DNA of 62,425 bases, the filler included, from Ionaspis alba (taxonomy: Eukaryota): assembly GCA_964255285.1 (NCBI GenBank). It is 9 parts of 9 records of this genome, joined end to end, with 100 filler letters (N's around TTAATTAATTAA, not from the genome) between each part and the next. Parts side by side here need not be neighbours in the genome. Positions count along the whole stretch, not along the records: positions 48,698 to 55,516 come from CAXUUL010000887.1; positions 55,617 to 62,425 come from CAXUUL010000888.1; 7 more parts are not named here. One strand, 5' to 3'. Below are positions 50,366-62,425 of the stretch, in pieces (positions within the stretch are counted from its first letter, which is position 1; each line of letters begins with the position of its first letter). A program made the position numbers and the translations under genes. The notes beneath the pieces were generated by a model. The model did no database searches. It was given only the letters and a program-made list of their open reading frames with translations, and was not told the origin of the DNA.

Positions 50366-51035
50366 GGTGGATGCTGTGGAAAGGAGAACTTGGATTCAAC
50401 AGGCGATGATTATCGATGAACAGAAGAATTTCGCCGACCGAGAAGCCCTCCCTTTATGAAGTCTCATGTCTCCTTTCCGCTTCTGCTCAATTCATTGAAA
50501 GATCCCAGTCACGTCTGAATTCCCTCACCTTATTTGCTATGTCTTGGGTGATTCGCAAGGGCACATACCTCATAGAAGGGATACCTACTGAAGCTCAGGT
50601 AAGATGTCTTCGGCAGAAGAATGAGCACTATGAACCTCCTCGGACTCGGCATGACTGTATGACGAAGCTTATGCCAACACCAATTCGCGCCTGTGTGTGA
50701 ATAGCGCCAAGGGAATGGCAACGATTTCATTTCTCAGCGCATGACCGTTGATGAGCATATTGAGGTGACTCTTGTTCTCCGTATGCTGGCCGCCCGTGGA
50801 TACAGATCAATGCATGACTCAGGCCAAGTATAGCTAGTTTTCTTTCCACTGTGGAGACATGCGAGAGGCCCAACGTGCCTTGAATCTATCTATCTTATAG
50901 CAACAAAGCCCCACCGCTAAAGCTTGGGGACAGTTCAGCTACACTGAACAGCGGTGTCTCGAAGTTAAGATAATGTCCCAGATGTGGATCCTCGATGCAA
51001 ATTCAACCTGACAAGCAGCCTCTGAATGACATACT

Positions 51036-53109
51036 TCACTTTCTTTTTGGTGTCTCATCCCAGTCGTCATCATCATCTTCATCATCTAAGTATCGTTTAG
51101 CACAAGCTGCTTGTCTCAAGGCTCGGTGTTAGACCTACCACTAGCGCTGACTTTCTTGTTCCGCGCACTCAATGCTTGAGCCAGAGCATCAGCCAGCCCG
51201 CCGCCACCGCCAGTCGAAGGTCGGCTCGACCCTGCTCCAGACGGACTTTTCGGGGCGGAAGCACCTGGGACTGCCGCCGCACTACGATCTCGCTTCTCTT
51301 GGCTGCTCACTCTTTTTAATCTTCCTCCACCTATACCTCCGGTACCTCGGATAGATGCCAGCAAATCTTCTTTACCACCGGTTGGCTTTGGCAGCGGGGG
51401 TGCGCTGACAGCATCTCGTCCAGACGGTAGTGGTGGCGGAGGAGGTCCACCACCAGGCGGCAGCGGAGGCGGCGGAGGAGCGTTGCTCGAAGGCAAAGGA
51501 GGTGGTGGCGGCGCATGCATTGAGGGTAACGGCGGTGGCGGTGGCGGTGGCATCGCTGATGGAACTCCAGGCGTCGGTACAGGCCGCGATGTCGATGGGA
51601 CAGATGGTTGTATCAGAGCTGGCGGAACAATCCTTTGTCCACTTGGCGGTGGTGGCGGAGGTGCAGGTGGTATTGATGACGGAGTTGGACCGTTTGGGGT
51701 CTTTGGAGGCAGCGGTGGCGGGGCTGCGGCTGTAGGTGGGATTGTATGTATCGGTTGCGAATCTCGAGGAGCTCGTGGAGGTGGTAGGGGGGCTCGCTGA
51801 GGCGTCAGAGGGGGAACCGGTGAGAACTGGGTCTGTTGGAACGGAGGAGGAACACCGAATCGTGGTTTCATCTCATTTTCTTCGTCCATGGGTGTTTTGG
51901 GCGGCCTTGGTGGTGGTGGAGGACCTGGATTTTCAACGTTGGACACATTGCGCGGCCTGACGGACGGGGTAGAGACATTGGAGCTGGCATATTTGCCTGC
52001 GTCGGCCAGCGGCGGTGGAGCTCGAAATCGAGGAGCTGGACGAGGAGGCGACGGTGTTCGCTCAGGAGACCTTGAAGGTGGTGTAGGCTGCTTACGAGGT
52101 GAAGAGGATCTCTGCGGTTCTGCGCGACTTCGCCGCGCCGGTGGAGGAGCGGGCGGAGGTCCCCTTCTCGACGTCAAAGTGCTTCCGGTGTTCTGAGGAC
52201 TAATGGACTTTATTGTGCTGGGCGCTGCCGATGGCGGTGGTGGAGGTGGTGGAGCCTTTCCCCGTCTGTCGTTGCTTACTCCGTTGGATTTATCTTCCAG
52301 CGTGCCATCTTGACCACTACTGGCCTGCTTATCCTCAATATATGCCTTGATGAAATCTGCGTTTTCTTCTATTTGATCTTCTTTTATTCCCATGGCCAAT
52401 AGATCACTCAGTATCCTACGCCATGAAGGGTCTACCTCGTCTAGTGCTGATATGGCATTTGACTGTATCATTGGTGGCGTTGGAGTGCTGTGGAGTTCAT
52501 AAGACGGTACTACTGGTTGTAATTGAGAAGGAGGTACGTGCGATCCTGATGAAGAACGGTGGCCGTGCAGTAAGCTTCCCAGTCGGCTATGGTGTTTCTC
52601 AGAGGGAGCCGTGCCGGCCAACGCCCCTGAGCCATGAAAAGGGGTCGCCTTGGTGTTTTTGCTGGCGTTTTTTTCACGCTCATCCATTTTCTTCTTGAAG
52701 GTCTTGGCCTCTTTTTCATCCGCAAAGGACAATCCTGCCAAACAATTCTCAAGCTCAAATGTATGGAAGAATGTCCGATCTTGGTTGTAAGAGAACGTAT
52801 CGTAGATTTCCTGATCCCAGATGACGCCACGATTCGTAGGCTAGGAGACAATGAGCTGCTAGAATTCCAACTTCCATTGATATTTATGGTAGCACTCACC
52901 GACACGTCGACGAGCTTGATCCAGAACGTATTCCCTATCAGATCATTCGCCAGAACTGCTGCTCCTTGGAGGCCCGTGTAGGTCCATCTCTGCTTGCTGG
53001 GATGTGCAATGTAGAGACGTGCAATGGCAACTGCTTGAATCTTGTTGGATGCTTTAGGCACCGTCCTCTTCACGGTTTCCTTGTCGGTGTCAGAAAGAAT
53101 TGAAGGCAT
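51036..53109 (-). CDS. LAS17: WASP homolog (WH1, polyproline, WH2, acidic tail)
   Basis: MPSILSDTDKETVKRTVPK, WTYTGLQGA, IWDQEIYD (WH1); polyproline tracts; KEDLLASIRG..LKRV (WH2); last exon DDEDDDDDW. Confidence 0.95.
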
Positions 53110-53621
53110 CTTCTTCAAGTGTAGCCGACGTTGAATTTTCCGCTTTTATGTAGAGACAATCCAGGTACACAAAGACGGTGCGTGAATGTCACTTGTTCCA
53201 GTGTCGAGTGTTCAATTAGCTATCGAAGCCCGACGAGTTGGTAGCTCTGAAATCATTCTAGGACGTTTATTGTTCCAGGGTTTAGCCTCACTTCGGAAAG
53301 AGTCCAATTTGGCTGCCAGTTGCTAGTATTGGTACTCTGATATTGGTAAAGAGTGTTATATCATAAGGATTGTATGAATTGGACTTCTAAAGCTATGAGG
53401 CTGTCAGGATATCTCGAGTGTGGAATTCACGCTAATTGCCAAGGCCAAGGACATCGCTATTGGCTCATTGGGTAGCTTGTGCTTCTCGGGGCTGATCGTT
53501 GGGCCAGCCCAACCATTGCGTCACCCCTCCTTCCTTCATGATGATTTTTGCTTCTCATCATATTACGCATTACCCTCTACATCCGAAAAGCATTTCAAAG
53601 TTAAGACCTAGAAATTCCATC

Positions 53622-53934
53622 ATGCCTGTACATCCTTCAGAAGAGAATGCTCCCGAGGGCATAACGGAGAAAGTAGCCAAAGATCCCTCAAGTGCCACAG
53701 AATCGACTGCCAGTGATCACAGCTCTCGTAAGTTTTGATAAGGCTGTTTTCATCATTGTTGAGAAACCAAATATATTGACGATTTTATCAGATCAGAACG
53801 AGCATACCCCTCACAAAGCGAGTGCACAAGATTTCCAATCTAAGGGCCCAGCAATTCCTCAAACTACAGATGATATGCCACCCAAGGCCTCCAAAGAAGA
53901 GCTGAAGGCTAGAGCCGCGGAGCTCAATCAGTAA
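53622..53934 (+). CDS. Small hydrophilic protein (~80 aa), unknown function
   Basis: ATG in CATCATG context. GTAAGT..CAG intron 53728-53791 joins MPVHPSEENAP... to HQNEH...KGPAIP...PPKASKEELKARAAELNQ*. Confidence 0.7.
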
Positions 53935-54743
53935 GAGCTCGTTCCGTTGGACAATCTGGGATTGGCCGTAGAGACAGTGGCTGGAACATGGGAATAGGAA
54001 CTAGCCATGACTGCATTGCTGATCAGGAGAGACGAGAATTCAATTGAATCACCATTGTATGACAACATTACGAGCATGAGGGCAGATGAAGGACTAGATG
54101 ACTATGTGATATGTGACACAATCGTAAGCCACGTTAGTTGCATTCGGGTACAAAATTCGGACCAACTTTGTGGCATCATTGATCTAAATCTTCGCATACA
54201 TGCTAAGTCCTCATCCACCGTGGGTCGATAGAACAGCCAAGATAGCACGTCTAGTGAGATTGGTTTCACTGCAAGGTGTCTTTTTGAATCTGGTCCAATG
54301 GATGAGAGTGTGGGTATACTCGACTCTGTCCACGTTGAGCTGTGCTAGATGTTTTTGTTTATTAAGGTCAATTATAAAGCTCCTGTAGTTGATACCTAGG
54401 TGTCCTCATCTCGCCGTAAGAGTATTAGGTGGCTATGAATATTGCCCGGTTTCCGTGTATGGAAATTTTTTGGCCCATAAGTGACTAGTATCAGCGTAGT
54501 CATTGCCTTTAGTACTTAGGAGTGGTCAACCATCTAGGAGATCAGAAAGACGTTTGCCCAATTTGGCCTCAAAAAGGAAATGGTATCGGAAATTCCTAAG
54601 TCCTGAGACGGACTACAAATCTTTACGTTCGAGGCCTCGGATATAGGTTTAGGGCTAGCTCGCTTACTCATCCCCCACATCCAAATCGATCTTCTACAAC
54701 GAACTGAATCATCAACCTCTGATCGCAAAGCACATCCATCATC

Positions 54744-55255
54744 ATGGTAGGCATACAGGCAATCATACTCATGGGTATCCGACACTGATGACTTCACCAG
54801 GCTCCCGCAGCGACTGGAGGCAAGAAGCAGAAGAAAAAGTGGTCCAAGGGAAAGGGTATGTTCGAGACACTTGCAACATGGATTTCCGCAATTCTAGTCA
54901 AGCCATTTCACTTTCCATTACCGTCGAGTTGATAATCATGCTGAAACTCGTACTGGATTTCAGTCAAGGACAAGGCCAACCACGCCGTCATTCTCGACAA
55001 AGCCACCTCCGACAAGCTCTATAAAGACGTTCAATCGTACCGCCTCATCACAGTCGCAACTCTCGTCGATCGGTTGAAGATCAATGGAAGCTTAGCACGG
55101 AAAGCGTTGAATGATTTGGAGGAGAAGGGGCAAATCAAGAAGATTGTGGGACACAGCAAGTTAAGCATCTACAGTACGTGATGGTATACTTTGATCCTTT
55201 CATTTAACCAAAAGCTGACGTAGATCTAGCTCGGGCTTCTGCTGCAGCAGAATAG
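54744..55255 (+). CDS. RPS25: 40S ribosomal protein S25 (eS25)
   Basis: Exons 54744-54746 (ATG only), 54801-54855, 54964-55173, 55230-55255. They translate to [32 protein letters not shown]...LYKDVQSYRLITVATLVDRLKINGSLARKAL...HSKLSIYTRA. Absent from the ORF track. Confidence 0.97.
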
Positions 55256-56899
55256 AGGTTGCCTTACTTGCAATTGACATGCTTCGATAATCAGTCTCCA
55301 ACATTGACCTGTTCTGACACAACATCGGTCACCATGTCGTGTCCAAATTGTACCTTAATGAGAGTTGATTGTTCAAAGATATCAAGAAGGGACCTCCTTT
55401 CATAAAAAACCGTGTCCAACTTCAAGCCACGCCCTCTCCCTTCTTAGGCCTCGCCTTTCTTGCCTTTTCGCAAAGCATTCTCTTCTCCCCCTCCCAACCC
55501 TCGGTCCTCCTCACCANNNNNNNNNNNNNNNNNNNNNNNNNNNNNNNNNNNNNNNNNNNNTTAATTAATTAANNNNNNNNNNNNNNNNNNNNNNNNNNNN
55601 NNNNNNNNNNNNNNNNATTACTTCCAAGAAACCTCATTTCCCATTCCAAAAGAGTGACGTAGCAACCAGGTTCCTCACTTCCATCCCTACCACCACAAAC
55701 CTGGAACACATAGAAATCTCTCCAGCAATCACCAAACTTCCCACCACCCACTTCAACAGCCACACAGTACACCCCTCCTCCCTCGTCCAACTCCAGCATG
55801 ATTCCGTACCGTAAACTTGTCCAACGAACCAGCCCGCCGCGCGGTCGCCACCTCCCGAAAGAGGCTACAAGAGCAGCAGGCGCAGCCAGTCGTTCTTTGC
55901 GCTGATGTCGGTGTGAAAAGAAAGCAAAAAGGCGTAAAGGGGCTGTCGAATTGATAGTATCCTTTCCCTGGCCTTCCACCAGAAGACTGGAGAGGAAAGC
56001 CAAGAGAAAAGAAAACATGATCCGCTACCCATCGATCCAGACACACAAAAGCAGAGCGGCGGAGCTGAGAATGTCGACTCTGGAGATGAGCCAAAGGACG
56101 AACTCGAGACCACGGGTGCGAAAGACGAGGTCCAGAGAAAAAGTAGCAGAGGGCGCGATCCGCGCGCGCAGAAAGCCCATCAACGATTCCCGAAGCCGAG
56201 AAAGCGGTGTCGACGTTCGTTAAGCGGGCAGGAGACAAGAGCCAAAGCAGAGCAGTAGCAGCAGCCGCAAAGCAGCGCGCGGTCGCCCCACCCCAACCCA
56301 TTCCCGCCCACAAGTAGTGATTTGGCAACGTCGTAGAAAGTAGCGATAAAGCACCGAATTCCGTTCCGAAAAGCAGCAGAGGGCCGACCTAGCAGCGCCA
56401 CACCCACCCCCGTCTCGGGGTAAAGAAAATCTCCGACACGATGCGAGCATCCAACCAACCAACCTAAGACGCAAGAGAACTGGCTTTACTTTTCCCTCCT
56501 CGACTGCTTCCAGCACATACATCCCTGCGCCTCCCCGCTCACCACACAGTTGAGTGTACAATGGAAGAGGGCAGAGCAGAGGAAATGACCAGAGCGGAGG
56601 AGGCAAAGCCTAAGACACGCCCGCGCAATGCGAAGCACAAAAAATAGAAATACACAATTAACACACATTCGCACACAGCACATCGTCGATTATCGCTGGG
56701 GCCTGCGAGAAGCAACCCGGCTGCCATCAAGCATGATCGGACGCTGACAAAATTTCCAAAGTCTCTTTCAGGATTGTCCAAATGAAATGAAATCAGATCC
56801 AAGTTCACGAATATCGGGGTATATTACCAGTGCAATAACAGATTCACATCTTAGCTCTTTATTTTATTCCCTTCGTCAAGCAAGTCTCAGCTATTCCTA

Positions 56900-59143
56900 T
56901 CATCTCTTCTCCCCTCCAATAAAGCCATACGAGCTGGCTCTTACATGCCCCGGCGGTCTCTCAACCCCAGCCGGCTGCCTTTCACCCGCAAACCCCAATT
57001 TGCGATCCTGCCACTCCATCTCCTCGCTATCATGCGGACTGCCACCCCTCTGGCCCTCTCTCGCCGGCTCTCTGAACGCAGCAAACGGACCCGCATGCGT
57101 CGCAAACGCCGGAGGTTCGTACGCCGGCGCCTGCGACATCGGACGATGCTGATCCTCAAGCGGAATATCACCCGCGAACGTCGCACCACCCTCGCCGCGG
57201 ACCTTCTCTCTCGTGCAAGCAAGGAAGAGAGCGCGAGCGACACCGCCGAGGACGAGCGAAACCCAGATGAGGAGGATGACGGTCGAGATGAGAGCCTCGG
57301 TGCGGATGGCGTCGGCGATATTGTCGGTGACGCGGGTGATAGCGCCGGTGATCTTGTCGGTTGTTTCGTTGGACGGGTCAGCGAGGAAGCTGGTGGTGGC
57401 GGTGGCTTTGTCGTCAGAGGCGAGAGCGGCGGCACCGGCGAGAGAGAAGGTTTGGTTGTTGAAGAGGGGGAAGTCGATGTGGGCGTGGTCGTGGACCCAG
57501 GTGAGACCTTTTTGGATGCCAGCGATTTTGAGGCCGATGAGGCAGTTCAGGACTTCTTTGATGGGGTCGTAGAGGATGGTGCCGCCGAAGGTTGTGTTGA
57601 GGGCCTTGGACATCTCGTCGACGAAGGCGTTCAGAGTGCCGTTGACTGCTGAGGTGCTGGTGTTGACCCAGCCGAAGACGTCGTGGTTGATGTCGTTATT
57701 GGTGGAGAGGATTACTTGGTTGGTGCCCGTGGCCCAGGCTTCGGAGGCGTTGTTGAGCTTGTCGACTACCTTGCCGGCGAAGTCCCCGACTTCGTGGGCG
57801 AGGGCGGGGACTTGCTTCTCGACGGTGCGGAGGAGGATGTACTGGCAGAGGCAGGAGAAAAGACCGGCCACGGCAAGGGAGAGGACAAAAAGAGCTTGTG
57901 GGGATGTGGCATAGGCCACAACCCATCTTGTCAGAAGCTGTTTCTTGCTTGAGGTGAATGTCCTCGCAACTTTCATGCCTGCAGTAGCGGTGTAGGGTCG
58001 AGATGCAATGTAGATGACGTCCAGTGGGTCCTGACTGTTGTCTTTGACGAGTTTGGATCGTTGTTGGATAGTGCGCCATCTTTGGATCTCACGGTAAGTC
58101 ATCGGTATGCACACCAAGATTGCAAGCACCAGTAGGACACCGAGGAAAATCTTGCGAGCTAGATAGGCAAGGTCTGCAAGGCCGTCGAAGAACTCCGAAA
58201 TGCCGTTGTTTTCAGAGCAGAAGGTGAGCTTCTCTTTCTGAGGCACAGGGAAGATCGATCGATCGAAAGTGAAGTGGATCGATCCGTTGATGAGCTTCTT
58301 GACTTCCTCGAAGGGAAAGCGAAGGACACTGTTGGTGAAATTGTTGACTTCGGCGAAGTTGGGAATAGAAGCATTGAGTTTGTCGAGGCCTTGGTTGAGA
58401 TTCGGAGGAAGTTGGAGATGGTCAAGCTTATCCAGAGAACCATTGATGTCGATGGCTGGAATAGCACCCTGCTTTCCACCAAAGATCTGTGGAATGCTGT
58501 TCAACCCTCCGAGGAACTTGTTGAAATCATCTTGAAAGCCATCGATACCCTTGTGGATATCCTTTCCAATGTCACCAAGAGCCTTGTTAAGAAAATCGGA
58601 GACGTCTTTAGTGACCTGTAACGCAACGTGCAGACTCCCAGCGACAGCGAGGGTAATCAGGCAAACGTAGGTCGAGGTCAGCATGTTGACGATAAAGACG
58701 ACAATCTCTTCGACACCGGTGATGGCCAAGAGGAGCGTAGACATGAGGGCACTGACTGCCTTCTCGACGCCGTTAGCAGCCATTTCATTCACTCCATGTG
58801 ACATGTAGTGAGGCATGGAAGCCATGGCGCTGCCCATGGACTCGACAGATGAGCAAGCGGAAAGAGCTTCTCTCTTCGCTGAGTCGAGGTCATGGTGAAG
58901 ACCTGCGATGGCGATAAGGGTTCTGGCAAGGACAAGGAGTAAGAGGATGGTCCATTTGTTGATCCAGACCTGCGATAGTCGAGCGCGGAGTCCGAGGTAT
59001 GGAGTGATAGTCGGTAGAGTGTGTGGTTCGGGTCGTTGTGTATCTTGTGCGGCGTAATAGTCTCGCGTCCCATGATCGCCAGCGGAGAGAGACGGAGGCA
59101 CAGCCGGGAAAGTAGAGGATTGCTGGTTCCTTGCGGAAGACAT
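56900..59143 (-). CDS. PRM1: Plasma-membrane fusion protein Prm1
   Basis: TPYLGLRARLSQVWINKWTILLLLVL, ACSSVESMGSAMASMPHY, TYVCLITL, FGGTILYDPIKEVLNCLIGLKIAGIQKGLTWV; multiple TM segments; intact 747-aa ORF. Confidence 0.93.
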   Translation of the reverse strand: MSSARNQQSSTFPAVPPSLSAGDHGTRDYYAAQDTQRPEPHTLPTITPYLGLRARLSQVWINKWTILLLLVLARTLIAIAGLHHDLDSAKREALSACSSVESMGSAMASMPHYMSHGVNEMAANGVEKAVSALMSTLLLAITGVEEIVVFIVNMLTSTYVCLITLAVAGSLHVALQVTKDVSDFLNKALGDIGKDIHKGIDGFQDDFNKFLGGLNSIPQIFGGKQGAIPAIDINGSLDKLDHLQLPPNLNQGLDKLNASIPNFAEVNNFTNSVLRFPFEEVKKLINGSIHFTFDRSIFPVPQKEKLTFCSENNGISEFFDGLADLAYLARKIFLGVLLVLAILVCIPMTYREIQRWRTIQQRSKLVKDNSQDPLDVIYIASRPYTATAGMKVARTFTSSKKQLLTRWVVAYATSPQALFVLSLAVAGLFSCLCQYILLRTVEKQVPALAHEVGDFAGKVVDKLNNASEAWATGTNQVILSTNNDINHDVFGWVNTSTSAVNGTLNAFVDEMSKALNTTFGGTILYDPIKEVLNCLIGLKIAGIQKGLTWVHDHAHIDFPLFNNQTFSLAGAAALASDDKATATTSFLADPSNETTDKITGAITRVTDNIADAIRTEALISTVILLIWVSLVLGGVARALFLACTREKVRGEGGATFAGDIPLEDQHRPMSQAPAYEPPAFATHAGPFAAFREPAREGQRGGSPHDSEEMEWQDRKLGFAGERQPAGVERPPGHVRASSYGFIGGEKR

Positions 59144-60941
59144 CTTCTATGGGGTATTCGTGTATGTGGTAACAGTCTAATAGATCCGGCCAGCGGAGAT
59201 GCTTAGTGACAGAATCTATGTACGGGCAGAAAGTAAGAAAGCAAGAAGTCGGGTATGTAATTACAAGTGGGAGGTGAAGTACGCAAGGAAAAAGAATGGT
59301 AAAAGGTGAGAGAAGAAGGACGAGAACAAAGGAAACAAAGGGAACTCGAGAGTGAGATGGTCTGAGACGTGTAATGAGTGAATGTAAGTGGTGAATGATA
59401 GACGATATCAAACAATAGAATAGAGGTAGTCGTACAATACTTCAACAATGACCGTGACGCCTCTAACAATAGCAACAAAGAAGACTCACCGACGAATGAA
59501 TAGCACGACATGACCATGAGGCTCAAAACGTGAAACCAATAGCATCATTCGACCATGCAGTTTCAAGACGGCCATCTGGTTCTGCGGCCACTCGATTCCT
59601 TCTTCTTCGACGATTTGAACTGACGGCAGTGGCTGCTTCTGGGGTAGATGCCTTACCTACGCGCCGAGGAACCAATCAAGTGGCTCAGGAGGACGAGTCA
59701 CTTCTTTGTCTGAGGATCTCGAGTGAGGACGGTCGAACTTGATTCGGGTAAGACAGGCTCTGGTGTCTCCTCCATCCTGCTCCGAAGTCGTGGAGTGGAG
59801 AGACAAGAGTGGACCAGAGCCTTCTGTTCACGCTTCGCAGGCTTGCGACTCGCCCAGTCTATTTCCGTGGCCAGCTATGCGCCTGACTCGGTGATTTGCT
59901 TTCCATCCTCTGATTCTCGATGCCAGAGAATTCCCGTCAGACGCTCGCTTGTCGTCGAGATGGGCGAGTCGCAAGGGGACACGCCCCCCGAGCGTGGTGA
60001 TTGTGGTGTCCGACCTTTGGAAGAGTTGGTCGTCACCCACTCTTTATTGACGAGCGCGATTGTAGGGCTGAAGTGCTGGCGGGGACCATCATGTGGCTGG
60101 AAAGTGTGGCAGTAGGTGTGGCAGAGGGACTTGATCCTGGCACATTACATGGATTAAATCTTGATTCTTGTTCTACTCGAGCAATATGGAAATTGTGCAA
60201 TTCTCCGCGCGACTTTTACTGCTATCAACGTCCCTCCAGGATAAGTCGCCACTGAATATCAGTAGTATCTGTATAACGCGTCTACGGAACGACTGTTCAC
60301 CGTCGCGCGTTGATTACGGACCTCAGCTGTGTCCGAAAGACATGGTCGCAGGTAAGGTTTCTGCAGGCGCTTCGACACAAGGACGAAATCGACCAATCAC
60401 CAGTGACTAGGTGTTACTTCTGAAACAATGTCTTCTGTACTGATTTGTACACGCTTACTGCGTATATACAGGACAAAGCCATTAACTTCTTCCGCACTTT
60501 AGCTTTTAGCAGGGGGCACGTGCTTGGCTGACTTCGAGCCTCAACGGCTAGGAGCCTGAGGCGTGCTGGAGGCTGTCTGGAGCACAAATTGCAGGGGCAC
60601 TTTTCATTGTCGCAAAGCTCCGTTACTGGTCAAGTTTATTAAACGGGTTTGCCAAGATAATGAGCTGAACTTTCCTTCGCTTCCGTCGCACAGGACACGG
60701 GATCTGTCGAACGGCAATACTCCTCGGTCAGAAGTCGATCAAGCAGTGTTTTGTATCATTATAGCAGTAGAAAGCAGCACTCAAGTCCGATCATCTCAAT
60801 TATACTCATGCTCAATCTACTTCCGTTCACGGAGCTGTCAAACACTTTACAAGCTTCTGATCTCCAAACCTCCGTAGATTACCATCCCCAAGTCAAATCC
60901 TCAAGTCCATTAAGACCAAGAGCCAGATCAAAATGCTCCAC

Positions 60942-61647
60942 TCAAAGAAAGAACACAAGCAATCCCAATCCACCGAGCCCCATCAAGCTGGCATACTGCT
61001 TGCCCGCCACATTCGAAAACTGAATCGACGGCGAAGGCGAAACCGTCGTAGTGTTCGAACCCGTCGATCCCGAAGTGACAGAAGCGCTTGCAACGGCTGC
61101 AGCNNNNNNNNNNNNNNNNNNNNNNNNNNNNNNNNNNNNNNNNNNNNNNNNNNNNNNNNNNNNNNNNNNNNNNNNNNNNNNNNNNNNNNNNNNNNNNNNN
61201 NNNGTGGTTTCCGCAGCAGCAGCGCTGGTCGTCGCAGCGGGAGGAGGGATGACGCTCAGGCTGATCGTGGCGCCGCATTCGGAGAGGGGTGTGCCGTTGG
61301 GACAGCAGCCGGCGTTGGTGCAGTAGAAGCCTTTGGGGCAGTATTCTATACTCGAGTCAGCAACGGTACTTTCGTAGGTTGAGGGAATGGTAGAAGGGTC
61401 ACTCACTTCCGTTGGAACAGCAAGACTGGCCTAAGCCTGGGTTGTAGCAGGTCGGGAAGCTGATACACTGGACGTAGCCAGGTCCACACGACCTCTCGCA
61501 GGTAGCGGGACGGGGAACGGGTGTGCAGAAGTGGATTTGACGCTCGAAGAGGCCGTTCACAGCCATGAATGGGGTAGTGTCGCCGGTGAGGGCTGCGGCG
61601 GCGGCAAAAGCGCCGCTGGCGAAGAGGGAGAAGGTGAATAGATGCAT
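60942..61647 (-). CDS. Small GPI-anchored Cys-rich cell-surface protein
   Basis: Signal peptide MHLFTFSLFASGAFA; Cys-rich domain (CERSCG..CYNPGLGQSCC-intron 61406-61346-YCPKGFYC..CCPNG); Ser/Thr stalk containing an N gap; hydrophobic C-terminus LMGLGGLGLLVFFL. Confidence 0.85.
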
Positions 61648-62425
61648 TGTTTTGAGTCGTGCAAACGAACGATGGATAGCTAGATAACGAGAGTATATGT
61701 TTTGAGATGACCTGGAAAAGACTTGCAAAGCAGAACGATATGTACAGAGGATCAAAATCAAGTAACACAGCACGCGCACTCTGACTATATATCCCCAGGA
61801 AATGACCGGCAACAACCAGCTAGCCCCTCCATCAGGGGGCCTTACCACAAAAAACACGCGAGCATAAATATAGGCAGAAGAAACGACACAAAGCAAGCAA
61901 CAACTGCCTGACCACTCCGACTACTCAACCCCATCTTCCCTCCCCTCACCGCCAGGCGCAAGCCGCAAGGCTCTACTACTCCCGCAAGGATATCGGGAAA
62001 CAGCGCCGTCAACACTGAAATTAAGCAATGCAACGTCGATCTCTCGGCATTCCATAAAGGAGCCCTTTCCCCAGGTCCCAATCACATAGCACGTTCTTGG
62101 CAAATGCAACTCCATCACCTTCTTTCTGGCCGAGATCCCAGGTACGCGTAACGGAAAAGCCCTATCCTAGCCTATAGCGTGCAGCGCAAATGGAGAAGTG
62201 GAGGCTGAGGAGGCTCCCGAGGTTGAACAAGCTCCGGGGAGAGGTTGAAGGTGGACTAGCGAGATTGGACGTGTGAGCTGCAGGGCTGGTCGGGAGCAAG
62301 CCCGGTTTCTTGGCTTTCTGCACGAGTGGAAGTGCCAAGATGTGCGGCCGGGGGATTTTGATTAGGCGAGGGGGGAGCTGAGGATTTAGTTGCGGTGGAG
62401 GCTCGTATTCTTGGTTTCATGTCCA

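Noticed and set aside
51430..52260. GGT/GGC-rich repeats resembling a satellite or G-quadruplex array
   Set aside because: Explained by the polyproline codons of the WASP homolog on the minus strand.
54856..54963. Possible intronic snoRNA in RPS25
   Set aside because: No convincing C/D box pair or H/ACA structure found by eye.
55617..56800. Several overlapping 80-190 aa ORFs downstream of PRM1
   Set aside because: Low-complexity, compositionally skewed sequence with no family motifs; probably UTR or intergenic.
1..62425. CRISPR arrays, tRNA/rRNA genes, prokaryotic defence systems
   Set aside because: None recognised; spliceosomal introns throughout show the DNA is eukaryotic. A small RNA gene could still have been missed by eye.

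Overview
Intron-rich fungal (Pezizomycotina ascomycete) genomic DNA from a draft assembly. Contigs are joined by artificial N-TTAATTAATTAA-N linkers (8 seen) and plain 100-N gaps, so gene adjacency across linkers is unreliable. About 20 spliced genes can be supported, mostly housekeeping: RMD1-like, Nhp10-like HMG, ILV3, LAM/GRAM-VASt, SYG1, CipC, BEM3-like RhoGAP, F-box, MHR1, LAS17/WASP, RPS25, PRM1 and a GPI protein. There is also a Zn-dependent dehydrogenase pseudogene and a 373-bp TIR/TSD element with nested hairpins. The standout is an accessory contig (~6992-13861). It carries a secreted killer-toxin-like GH18 chitinase (2x CBM18 + GH18 + Cys-rich repeats + hydrophobic hairpin) fused to a C-terminal domain with NucA/NucB-type DNase motifs, head-to-head with a secreted multi-LysM gene. 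This is a candidate chitinase-delivered nuclease toxin/effector module. All exon boundaries and family calls were made by eye, without database searches.
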